Source: an uncultured Chloroflexota bacterium (GTDB lineage Bacteria > Chloroflexota > Anaerolineae > Anaerolineales > Anaerolineaceae). From it: 64,000 nt of DNA. The first letter of the stretch is position 1; every line of letters starts with the position of its first letter. Positions 1 to 8,057 of this stretch are shown here, one piece after another. The stretch is taken from contig CADATZ010000006.1 of assembly GCA_902791025.1 (NCBI GenBank), forward strand, positions 2,303 to 66,302. Reading direction: 5' to 3'. The notes under the pieces are model-generated. The model saw only the letters and a program-made list of their open reading frames with translations. It made no database searches and was not told the DNA's origin. Both the position numbers and the translations under genes were made by a program.

Positions 1-935
1 AAATGGTTTGGCTCCACCTCAACAAGCTGCGGGGATGAAGCATTCGGACAATTTTCCAGACATTCACTGCAGCGGGGAAGGAAGCGGCAGCGATCCGGTA
101 GGTTCACCGGAGAGGTCACTTCGCCCTTGATCAGCTGACGTTTGGGTTTCTCTTTCCCGACGATCGGCAGAGGAATCGCGGAGAGCAGTGCCCGGGTATA
201 AGGATGCATTGGATTTTCGAACAGCTTATCCGAAGGTGATTTTTCCACCATCTGCCCCAGATACATCACCGCGATATCATCGGAGAAATAGCGGACGACA
301 CTGAGGTCGTGCGTGATGAAAATATACGTCAGACCGATATCACGCTGCAGCTGCTTGAGCAGATTGAGGATCTGCGCCTGAATGGAAACGTCCAACGCGG
401 AAACCGGTTCATCGCAAACGATCAGCTTCGGGTTGACTGAAAGTGCACGGGCGATACCGATACGCTGACGGCGTCCGCCATCCAGTTCATGTGGGTAAGA
501 GTTGACAAAGCGGCGGGCAAGTCCGACTGTGTCCATGATCTCGAGTGTCCGCTTTTGAACCTCTTCCTTTGACTTGCAGATGTGGTGCTCGCGGATTGGT
601 TCACTGATCAGCTGCATGACGTTCTGCCGCGGATCCAGAGAGGAGAAGGGATCCTGGAAGATGATCTGCATATCCGTGCGCAGCTTGCGCATCTGGCGGT
701 CTTTGTATTTGGTGATATCCGTGCCGTTGAAGATGATCTGCCCGCTGGTGGGTTCGATCAGTTTCAAAATCGTTCTGCCGGTGGTGGACTTTCCGCAGCC
801 GGATTCTCCCACGATACCCAGTGTGGACCCGCGGTTGATCGTGAAGCTGACGTCATCCACTGCGTGAAGTTTCCCTTTCGGGGTATCAAAGTATTTGGTG
901 AGGTGTTTCACCTCAAGGATCACATCATTTTCCAT
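1..935 (-). CDS. Oligopeptide/dipeptide ABC transporter ATP-binding protein (OppF-like); 3' end runs off the window
   Basis: Not in the ORF track because it is edge-truncated. My reverse translation from ATG 933-935 gives [16 protein letters not shown]...GESGCGKST (Walker A)...CDEPVSALD (Walker B). GGAGG lies upstream. The start overlaps the stop of the upstream gene. Confidence 0.85.
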   Translation of the reverse strand, partial: MENDVILEVKHLTKYFDTPKGKLHAVDDVSFTINRGSTLGIVGESGCGKSTTGRTILKLIEPTSGQIIFNGTDITKYKDRQMRKLRTDMQIIFQDPFSSLDPRQNVMQLISEPIREHHICKSKEEVQKRTLEIMDTVGLARRFVNSYPHELDGGRRQRIGIARALSVNPKLIVCDEPVSALDVSIQAQILNLLKQLQRDIGLTYIFITHDLSVVRYFSDDIAVMYLGQMVEKSPSDKLFENPMHPYTRALLSAIPLPIVGKEKPKRQLIKGEVTSPVNLPDRCRFLPRCSECLENCPNASSPQLVEVEPNH

Positions 936-1926
936 CCGGGTTCCTCCTGATGCGGAATTGGGGTTCCGCGTAGCGGCCGCAAGCCACATAATGAGTTCCA
1001 TTGACGAGCTTTAGCTCCGGTAATTTCTTTTGACATTCTTCGGTTGCGTACGGACATCTGGGATTGAAGCTGCAGCCCTCCGGCAGGTGCATCGGGTCCG
1101 GCATCAGTCCTTTGATCGGCACCAGATCTTCCCCGCGCTGGCGGAGGTTCGGAAGGGAATCAAACAGACCTTCTGTGTAGGGATGCAGGGTGTGATTGAA
1201 CACCTCGTCCGCTGTTCCTATTTCAACGATACGGCCGGCATACATGACGGCCACATCATCGCAGACTTCCGCCACAACACCCAGGTCATGGGTGATCATC
1301 AGCATGGACATCTGGTTTTTGTCGATTAGTTCTTTGATCAGGGCCAGAACCTGTGCCTGAATGGTAACGTCCAGCGCGGTAGTTGGTTCGTCCGCGATCA
1401 GCAGGGAAGGATGACAGGCCAGCGCAATGGCGATCACGACACGCTGTTTCATACCCCCGGAAAGCTGATGCGGATAATCCGTTGCTCGGGATCCGGAGAT
1501 GCCGACCATTTCCAGCATCTCTTTGGCACGGGTCATGGCGTCTTCCTTGCTGATTTTTTCATGCAGCATGACCGATTCCGCGATTTGGTCACCAACGGTC
1601 ATTACCGGGTTCAAGGCGGTCATCGGGTCCTGGAAGATCATCGCGACATCATTGCCGCGCATGTGTTCCAGTTCCTTTTCGCTCATTTCCAGAATCTCTT
1701 TCCCGTCCAGAATGATTGATCCGTTTGAGATCACTCCCGGCGGGTCCGGCACCAGGTTCAGGATGGAGAGCGCGGTGGTTGTTTTCCCCGCGCCGGTTTC
1801 ACCAACCAGTCCGAGTGTCCGTTCCTTGCCGATGCTGAAGGAAATGCCATTGATGGCACGCACGATGCCGTCATCCGTATCAAAACGTACGACCAGGTCT
1901 TTTACTTCTAAAACATTTTCCATCAT
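925..1926 (-). CDS. Oligopeptide/dipeptide ABC transporter ATP-binding protein (OppD-like)
   Basis: 333 aa with GETGAGKTT Walker A, LSGGMKQR signature, ADEPTTALD Walker B, and the Cys-containing C-terminal tail typical of Opp/Dpp ATPases. Confidence 0.9.
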   Translation of the reverse strand: MMENVLEVKDLVVRFDTDDGIVRAINGISFSIGKERTLGLVGETGAGKTTTALSILNLVPDPPGVISNGSIILDGKEILEMSEKELEHMRGNDVAMIFQDPMTALNPVMTVGDQIAESVMLHEKISKEDAMTRAKEMLEMVGISGSRATDYPHQLSGGMKQRVVIAIALACHPSLLIADEPTTALDVTIQAQVLALIKELIDKNQMSMLMITHDLGVVAEVCDDVAVMYAGRIVEIGTADEVFNHTLHPYTEGLFDSLPNLRQRGEDLVPIKGLMPDPMHLPEGCSFNPRCPYATEECQKKLPELKLVNGTHYVACGRYAEPQFRIRRNPDGK

Positions 1927-1933
1927 TTCCCCC

Positions 1934-2824
1934 TTAGCGCTTCAATTTCGGATCCATGGCATCACGAAGACCGTCCCCCAGAAGGTTCAGGGCGAGTACG
2001 GTGAGCATGATCGCAAGCCCCGGGAAGAGGCACATCCACCCGGAAGAGCGGATGTAAGAACGTCCATCGGAAAGCATGGCACCCCATTCCGGTGTCGGCG
2101 GTGTGATCCCGACTCCCAGAAAGCTGAGAGAGGATGCGGAAATAATGTTGGAACCCACTTTCAGCGTGGTCTGAACAATGATGGCGGAAAGGCAGTTCGG
2201 CAGGATGTGCTTCAGGATGATCTTCCAGGTGGGCAGACCGATGGCGCGTCCGGCTTCCACAAATTCCATGTCACGGACTGTCATGACCGAAGCTCTGCCG
2301 ATACGGGCAAAGTTACAGAAGGTCCCCAGCGCCATAGCGAACAGCAGACTGGACATACTGGTGCCAAGAATGGAAACGACCACGACAGCGATCATGATGT
2401 AGGGAATGGAATAAAAGATATCCGTCAGGCGCATGATGATATTATCGACGAGACCGCCGTAATACCCGGCTGCCGCACCGAGAAACAGTCCGACGATCAG
2501 CCCGATCAGTGTGGAACCGAAGCTGATGAAGAGAGAGTATTTCGCACCGTAGATCACACGGGCAAAGATGTCCCGCCCCATGTTATCGGTGCCGAAGAGA
2601 TGCTGCCAGCTGGGCGCCATAAAGCGGTCCCTGGTCATGCCGATGATGTCTTTGTCATAGTCATAGAAGATACTGGCAAGCGCTGTTCCGATGAAGAGAA
2701 GGATAAGGAAAGCGATACCCATCATGGCACCTTTGTTTTTCTTGAGGCGGCGCCAGGTTTCTTGTCCCATGGAGCGCCCGATCATTTCGGTGCCGTCTGA
2801 TTTTTTCTTGTTGAACAGTTTCAT
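1934..2824 (-). CDS. Peptide ABC transporter permease (OppC/DppC-like)
   Basis: Multi-TM binding-protein-dependent permease. I chose the start at MKLFNKKK (ATG 2822-2824), 4 nt after the upstream stop. The track ORF extends to 2878. Confidence 0.8.
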   Translation of the reverse strand: MKLFNKKKSDGTEMIGRSMGQETWRRLKKNKGAMMGIAFLILLFIGTALASIFYDYDKDIIGMTRDRFMAPSWQHLFGTDNMGRDIFARVIYGAKYSLFISFGSTLIGLIVGLFLGAAAGYYGGLVDNIIMRLTDIFYSIPYIMIAVVVVSILGTSMSSLLFAMALGTFCNFARIGRASVMTVRDMEFVEAGRAIGLPTWKIILKHILPNCLSAIIVQTTLKVGSNIISASSLSFLGVGITPPTPEWGAMLSDGRSYIRSSGWMCLFPGLAIMLTVLALNLLGDGLRDAMDPKLKR

Positions 2825-2828
2825 AGCC

Positions 2829-3764
2829 TTATCCCTTTCCGGAGTACTGCGCTTTGATTCTCGGGTCGCAGAACGCATAGATGATATCCACGGCCAGGTT
2901 GATAACGGCCATCAGCACGCAGCAGAGGATGATCGAGCCTGTGACCATCGGGGTATCACGTTTGTTGATGGAGTCAACCACCAGACGTCCGATACCCGGC
3001 CAGCCGAATACCGTCTCCGCCAGGGCGGAACCCGTCATCACGTAGCTGAACTGCATACCGATTGCGGTAATGATCGGGATGATGGCATTGCGCAGCCCGT
3101 GGTTATAGATGACCCGGTTGCGGGATGCTCCTTTGGCCTTCGCGGTCGTCATGTAATCCTGCCGCAGGACGTCCAGCATGGCACTGCGGGTCGTGCGGGT
3201 CAGCAAAGCAGCCAGACCAAGTCCGACCGTGACGGCGGGCAGGATCAGGTATTTGAATCCGCCGGTGCCGCCGGAGGGCAGCCAGCCCAGTTTCAGGGAG
3301 AACAGCAGGATCAGCATAAGCCCCAGCCAGAAGTTCGGCATGGAAACACCGAACAGAGCGACGATCATAGCAGCTGTATCTTTCCATGTGTTTTGGTGCA
3401 GTGCCGTGTAGATTCCGAGTGGGATCGAGATGATGCAGGCAAAGATCAGCGCACTGCCTCCCAGCAGGAGCGTCATATGCAGACGGCCCATGAAGGTTTG
3501 GAAAACGTCACGATGGGTGATGTAGGATTCCCCCATATCCCCTTTCAGAATGCCCCCGATGTAGCGGAAATATCGAATGAAAAAAGGATCATTCAACCCC
3601 ATTTCCTCTCTGAGAGCGGCCTTCTGTTCGAAAGTGGCGTTTTCCGGAAGAATCTGATCCACTGGGTCCCCGCCGGCAAGGTCCATCGCCCAGAAGATGA
3701 GCAGGGATGTGGCGAGCAGGGTCGGGATCAGAATAATGATCCGTTTGAGAATGTATCGGAACAT
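2829..3764 (-). CDS. Peptide ABC transporter permease (OppB/DppB-like)
   Basis: 311 aa. Starts MFRYILKRIIILIPTLL, as is typical of OppB/DppB. Six predicted TM segments. Confidence 0.85.
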   Translation of the reverse strand: MFRYILKRIIILIPTLLATSLLIFWAMDLAGGDPVDQILPENATFEQKAALREEMGLNDPFFIRYFRYIGGILKGDMGESYITHRDVFQTFMGRLHMTLLLGGSALIFACIISIPLGIYTALHQNTWKDTAAMIVALFGVSMPNFWLGLMLILLFSLKLGWLPSGGTGGFKYLILPAVTVGLGLAALLTRTTRSAMLDVLRQDYMTTAKAKGASRNRVIYNHGLRNAIIPIITAIGMQFSYVMTGSALAETVFGWPGIGRLVVDSINKRDTPMVTGSIILCCVLMAVINLAVDIIYAFCDPRIKAQYSGKG

Positions 3765-3800
3765 ATTTTATTGTGCTCCTTACAAAGATTTTTGGTAATG

Positions 3801-3894
3801 ATTCTAAAATTTTGCGGAGCACATGGCGACAGGCACGCTTGTTCGGGCTGCGCCGCACGAGGTGCCAGTCCCCACGTGCTCCGTACTGAATAAT
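3801..3894 (+). repeat. Intergenic palindromic element (IPE) copy A
   Basis: gagcacatggcgacaggcacgcttgttcgggctgcgccgcacgaggtgccagtccccacgtgctccgtactgaata. Lies between the opp SBP and the first permease gene. Confidence 0.9.
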
Positions 3895-3906
3895 CAGAAT
3901 GAATGA

Positions 3907-3931
3907 CCGGCGGGTCTTTGAGGCCCGCCGG
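3907..3931. terminator. GC-rich hairpin (ccggcggg-tctttgagg-cccgccgg) downstream of the opp SBP gene
   Basis: 8-bp perfect stem. T-rich runs lie on both sides. Could attenuate between the SBP and permease genes. Confidence 0.5.
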
Positions 3932-3959
3932 ATCTTTTTAAAGGTTCAAAGAATTCAGA

Positions 3960-5519
3960 TTAGAGTTCAACATAAGCGCGGGCCCAGAAGTGGTTGCCGC
4001 CGCCGGCGAACAGGATGCCCGCATCATCATAGGAATCGGAAACGACAAGACCCTTATTGTAGGCAATGACGAGATCCGGAACATAGAGCGGGACCTGATA
4101 GACGGTCTCTGCCATGTAATTCTGGTAGTCATAGCTGTACTGCAGACGTTTGTCCTGATCCATCTCGGTGAGGACCTTGTCGGCAAGATCGTCGACGACC
4201 GGGTCGCTCAGCTGTGCATAGTTGGTGGGGAAGCCGGTGTAGAACAGTTCGCGGTAGGTTTCATCCACGCGGGCACCGATGTTCCAGCGCCACAGGAACA
4301 TCTGCTGATGGCCGGCTGCGCATTCGGATTTCAGGGTGGCCTGATCCATGGATTTGATGTCGACATTGATGCCGATTTCCTTCAGGTTGGCCTGGATGAT
4401 CGGGGCGATGGTCTTGTAAGGATCGTCGGTCGGGGTGAAGAGTTCAACGGTCAGTTCACCGGGTTTGTAACCGGATTCTTCCAGGAGAGACTTCGCGCGT
4501 TCTACGTCATAAGTGTAACCGCCCTCGATCTGGTCGTTGTCAAGGAAGGACCAGGCACCGCGGTTCAGGACAGAAGTCTGCCATTTGCCGAGATCGTCAA
4601 GAACGATGGCGATGATGGTTTCTTTGTCAACAGCAGCGGAAACTGCCTGGCGGAGTTTCTGGTTGGTGAATGGTTCTTTCGCGACGTTGAAGCCGAGATA
4701 GAACAGTCTGGTACCGGCCTGGGTGTGGACGACTACGTTTTCATCTTCTTCCAGGAAGCGAAGGTCAGTCACTGGGGGATCAACACAGACGTCGATTTCG
4801 CCGTTCTGCAGGGCGATGGCACGCTGGGAAGCTTCAAGCAAGAACTTGAAGGTGATTTCTTTCGCGTAGCTGGGGCGGGCTTCTTTGTTCCAGTAGTCTT
4901 CATTCATGGAGAAGGTCACATATTGGCCCTCCTGCCATTCCTTGAAGATGTACGGGCCGGAACCGACAAGCCACGGTTCGGCGTTGTTCGCGTCTTCATA
5001 AGCAGCCTTGGACTGGATAGCCAGCGGATAGGAACCGAAGTTGTAGATCAGTTCATTGCTGTAGGCAGAGGTGGTAACCTGAACGGTGTAGTCGTCAATC
5101 TTGCTGACGTCGGTGACAAGACCCAGCTGACCAGAAACCTTGGAAAGAGTCGGGTCATCGCTGCGGGCGCGGTTGAGTGTGAAGACAACATCGTCAGCAG
5201 TCAGCGGAGTGCCGTTATTGAATTTCACATTCGGGTTCAGATGGAACACCAGGTGAGTTTCGTCAGTCCATTCCCAGGATTCAGCGATTTCAGGATAAAT
5301 CTCATATCCATGTCCATTATCCAGGAACACCAGACGTTCATGTGTCAGAGCGAAACAGTTGTTATTGATCTGGTCATTCTGCATCATCGGGTTCAGCTCG
5401 TTGATTTCCTGAGCGACACCAATAACGAGATCGTCCTTGATCCCTTCAGCGAGAACGCCGGAGAAACCGAAGGTCGCTGCCATGATGACAGCAAGCAACG
5501 CAAAAAAGACTTTCTTCAT
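3960..5519 (-). CDS. Peptide/nickel ABC substrate-binding protein, family 5 (OppA/DppA-like), secreted
   Basis: 519 aa. N-terminal signal peptide MKKVFFALLAVIMAATFGFSGVLA. Family-5 SBP motifs (LVFHLNPNVKFNNGTPLTADDVVFT). GGAGG upstream. Confidence 0.85.
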   Translation of the reverse strand: MKKVFFALLAVIMAATFGFSGVLAEGIKDDLVIGVAQEINELNPMMQNDQINNNCFALTHERLVFLDNGHGYEIYPEIAESWEWTDETHLVFHLNPNVKFNNGTPLTADDVVFTLNRARSDDPTLSKVSGQLGLVTDVSKIDDYTVQVTTSAYSNELIYNFGSYPLAIQSKAAYEDANNAEPWLVGSGPYIFKEWQEGQYVTFSMNEDYWNKEARPSYAKEITFKFLLEASQRAIALQNGEIDVCVDPPVTDLRFLEEDENVVVHTQAGTRLFYLGFNVAKEPFTNQKLRQAVSAAVDKETIIAIVLDDLGKWQTSVLNRGAWSFLDNDQIEGGYTYDVERAKSLLEESGYKPGELTVELFTPTDDPYKTIAPIIQANLKEIGINVDIKSMDQATLKSECAAGHQQMFLWRWNIGARVDETYRELFYTGFPTNYAQLSDPVVDDLADKVLTEMDQDKRLQYSYDYQNYMAETVYQVPLYVPDLVIAYNKGLVVSDSYDDAGILFAGGGNHFWARAYVEL

Positions 5520-5617
5520 GTACTACCTCCATTAATTTTGCAGATGCATCATCAACAAAAGATGCACCGTGTTTGATTAATAGATTTTAACAGAAATTGT
5601 GCCTTTTGTAAAGAAAC

Positions 5618-5665
5618 TTCGAGGCCTGTTTTTTGAAAATATTCGAGGCCTGTTTTTTGAAAATA
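5618..5665. repeat. Perfect 24-bp tandem duplication (ttcgaggcctgttttttgaaaata x2)
   Basis: Two identical adjacent copies in the divergent spacer between the opp SBP gene and the phosphodiesterase-like gene. Confidence 0.95.
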
Positions 5666-5690
5666 TACAGAAAACCGCAGGGGGAAAGAT

Positions 5691-5699
5691 TGGTATAAT
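5691..5699 (+). promoter_or_regulatory. Extended -10 promoter element (TGGTATAAT)
   Basis: TGnTATAAT lies about 32 nt upstream of ATG 5731. No good -35. Confidence 0.45.
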
Positions 5700-5730
5700 T
5701 CTTACAGATATCTGTTATAGGAGGCTGAAG

Positions 5731-6591
5731 ATGATATTCAACTCGATCCCGATCACGAGACTGGCCGCATCGCTTGCTGCTGCCATGGACGTTCCGGCAC
5801 CAGAACAGGCAGAAGAACCGCTTCCTTTGATCGAAACATTAGTGAAGGATCACTGCAGATCCGATAAAGCGGAAAAGATGCTGCTCTTTTGTCCGGATGC
5901 GATTGGACAGTGGCTGGTCCAGAAATATACCATGGATTTCGCGCCTGTCCTGCGTTATACACAGCTTCAAATTCCCTTTGTCTCCGCGTTTCCTCCCGTG
6001 ACTCCCGTTAATTTTGCGTCAATATTTACAGGCGCTCAGCCGAATGTGCATGAGATCCGGCGCTATGAAAAGAAACTTGTAACGATCGATACGCTTTTTG
6101 ATGCATTTGCCCGGGCTGGAAAGAAAACAGCATTGGTTGCTATCAAAGATTCCAGTATGGGTACGATATTTGCCGGAAGGAATATTGATTATTATATTGA
6201 GCCGGACGATCCGAATGACATAGATGGTGCCGCAACAACGCTGAAGGCTCTGGAATTGCTGGAAAAACGAAAACCGGATTATGACGTGATCGTAGTCTAT
6301 ACCATGAAATATGATGACAGCATCCATGCCACTCATCCCGAATCTGCAAAATCGCTGCACGCGATGAAATCACACAACCTGCAGTTTGAGATGCTTGCCC
6401 GGAAAACCGCGGAGGTTTGGGCGGGATATGATACATTCCTCGGCTATATCACCGATCATGGCATTCATGCGGACCATCATTCTAATGACGGTATCCTCAA
6501 AGACAGGGACGGACGGGGCAACCATTATGCCGATATTCCGGAAGATATGAATGTGACACACTTTTTTGGGATCCAACCGGCTGAGAAATGA
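5731..6591 (+). CDS. Alkaline-phosphatase-superfamily metalloenzyme (type I phosphodiesterase/nucleotide pyrophosphatase-like)
   Basis: Start chosen at ATG 5731 behind AGGAGG. Candidate Thr nucleophile in FPPVTPVNFASIFTG and a distal DHG.H motif. The family call is tentative. Confidence 0.5.
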   Translation: MIFNSIPITRLAASLAAAMDVPAPEQAEEPLPLIETLVKDHCRSDKAEKMLLFCPDAIGQWLVQKYTMDFAPVLRYTQLQIPFVSAFPPVTPVNFASIFTGAQPNVHEIRRYEKKLVTIDTLFDAFARAGKKTALVAIKDSSMGTIFAGRNIDYYIEPDDPNDIDGAATTLKALELLEKRKPDYDVIVVYTMKYDDSIHATHPESAKSLHAMKSHNLQFEMLARKTAEVWAGYDTFLGYITDHGIHADHHSNDGILKDRDGRGNHYADIPEDMNVTHFFGIQPAEK

Positions 6592-6609
6592 TCATTGCAT
6601 GGGAAATGA

Positions 6610-6708
6610 ATTATTCAAGGACTTGAGTGACGCACATGAGGACAGGCACACCAGTGTCGGCTTCGCGACACAGGGTGCCAGTCCCCATGTGCTCTGTTGT
6701 TATTGATT
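6610..6708 (+). repeat. IPE copy B (central stem subfamily 2)
   Basis: gcacatgaggacaggcaca..gtgtcggcttcgcgacac..gtgccagtccccatgtgc. Lies 3' of the phosphodiesterase-like gene. Confidence 0.85.
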
Positions 6709-6860
6709 CAATTTTTATTTTATGGTAAGACCAGAAAATATCAATTCATTAAAATCATATAAAAAAATTCCGCCTTTGTCAAAGGTGAATTGTCCTGTTT
6801 TTGAGAATATATGTCATTTAATCTGACTGACATTTCCGGTCATTTTTTTGAAATATGGCC

Positions 6861-6889
6861 TTGAAGCGGAGCTAATTCTATGCTAAAAT
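6861..6889 (+). promoter_or_regulatory. Sigma-70-type promoter of tRNA-Ser
   Basis: TTGAAG, 17-nt spacer, TGcTAAAAT (extended -10). The tRNA starts 11 nt downstream. Confidence 0.65.
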
Positions 6890-6899
6890 AGAAAAGTTC

Positions 6900-6984
6900 G
6901 GAGAGATGGCCGAGTGGTTTAAGGCGCCTGTCTTGAAAACAGGTGTGGGGCAACTCACCGTGGGTTCGAATCCCTCTCTCTCCG
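6900..6984 (+). tRNA. tRNA-Ser (anticodon UGA)
   Basis: GGAGAGA acceptor pairs with TCTCTCC. Anticodon loop is CTTGAAA. Long variable arm and GGTTCGAAT T-loop are present. CCA is not encoded. Promoter lies upstream and terminator downstream. Confidence 0.9.
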
Positions 6985-6991
6985 CTGATTT

Positions 6992-7028
6992 GGAACGGTT
7001 AATTTCTGGAATTACCGTTCCTTTTTTG
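6992..7028 (+). terminator. Rho-independent terminator of tRNA-Ser
   Basis: ggaacggttaatt-tctgg-aattaccgttcc followed by TTTTTT. Confidence 0.85.
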
Positions 7029-7086
7029 TTAATACTGCTATGATAAATTTTAGTTTAGTACCGAGTTAAAGTGATCATTTTTGCTA

Positions 7087-7185
7087 TCTATTCGGGGCGG
7101 AGCACTTGGGGACTGGCATCTTGTGTCGCGAAGCCAACACAAGCGTGCCTGTTCCCCATGTGCGTCGCTGTGAGTTCTGAACAGA
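7087..7185 (-). repeat. IPE copy C (subfamily 2)
   Basis: tctattcggggcggagcacttggggactggcatcttgtgtcgcgaagccaacacaagcgtgcctgttccccatgtgcgtcgctgtgagttctgaacag. Confidence 0.9.
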
Positions 7186-7210
7186 TACCTTATAGTTCTG
7201 TTTATTTTGC

Positions 7211-7993
7211 TTATTCTCCAAACTCGGAATGGAACTCACGTTTTTCGTCGAAAGAGGAAGTTCTTTCGATTTCGATCTCGCCAAAGTTCGTGTCCTGGCG
7301 GACGGTTACGGCGTTTTGTTTGATCAGCTCCAGCATGGCGAGAAAAGTCACGACAGTCTCATTTTTGTTCCAGGTTTTCAGCAGACTGGAAAAACGGATG
7401 GCAGCGGCTTTCCGGATGCGGTTCACAAGGAGTTTGATCTTATCGTGAATGCTGAGACGTGGTTTTTTCATCACCGTTTCTAAAGCTTTCGCTTTTTTGG
7501 GAGGAGTAAAGACCCTGGCGGCGATGCGTGCGAGCATCTGCCCGTTCCAGCCGGAAATGTCCAGTGCCGGTTCGATCCCGATATCCGGAACGCTGGTCCG
7601 CAGCCAGGCATGGAGCCGGCGGTCTTCCCGTTCTGCAAGGGAATCCGAGAGCATTTTGAATCGCCGGTAGGTGATGAGCTGTTGTGCAAGGGCTTCCCCG
7701 CTGTCTTCATCAACATCGGCGATATTGACCTTTTGCTTTGGCAGGAGTGCAGCGGATTTGATCTGGATCAGTCGGGCGGCAATGACGACGAAGGCTGAAA
7801 CCTCTGTCGGGTTTTCCTCCTGCATTGCCCGCACATATTCCAGAAACTGGTCGGTCACCTGTGCCAGAGAAAGCACGGTGATGTCCAATTCCGCTTTTTC
7901 AATCAGGTCCAGCAGCAGGTCCAGCGGTCCCTGATAAAGGTCGGTTTCGATGCGGTATTGACCGGAGTGAAAGAATACGGGCTGCACTGCCAT
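7211..7993 (-). CDS. scpA: Segregation and condensation protein A
   Basis: 260 aa. The N-terminal YQGPLDLLLDLIEKAELDITVLSLAQVTDQFLEY is characteristic of ScpA kleisin. Confidence 0.85.
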   Translation of the reverse strand: MAVQPVFFHSGQYRIETDLYQGPLDLLLDLIEKAELDITVLSLAQVTDQFLEYVRAMQEENPTEVSAFVVIAARLIQIKSAALLPKQKVNIADVDEDSGEALAQQLITYRRFKMLSDSLAEREDRRLHAWLRTSVPDIGIEPALDISGWNGQMLARIAARVFTPPKKAKALETVMKKPRLSIHDKIKLLVNRIRKAAAIRFSSLLKTWNKNETVVTFLAMLELIKQNAVTVRQDTNFGEIEIERTSSFDEKREFHSEFGE

Positions 7994-8057
7994 GGGTATT
8001 ATTATAACAGGTGTCGCGGGGAAGGAAGTAGGATACAGGATACAGGAACACTATACC

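Noticed and set aside
1499-2800. 433-aa ORF on the plus strand (also 2691-3893 and 3990-5576) across the opp operon
   Set aside because: These are antisense shadows of high-confidence minus-strand ABC genes. The translations are low-complexity (Arg/Gly/His/Asp-rich) with no recognisable motifs, no RBS and no sensible start context.
5599-5730. N-terminal extension of the phosphodiesterase-like ORF (track start 5599)
   Set aside because: The extension translates the 24-bp tandem duplication and a promoter-like region. A strong AGGAGG precedes the internal ATG 5731, where the conserved domain begins.
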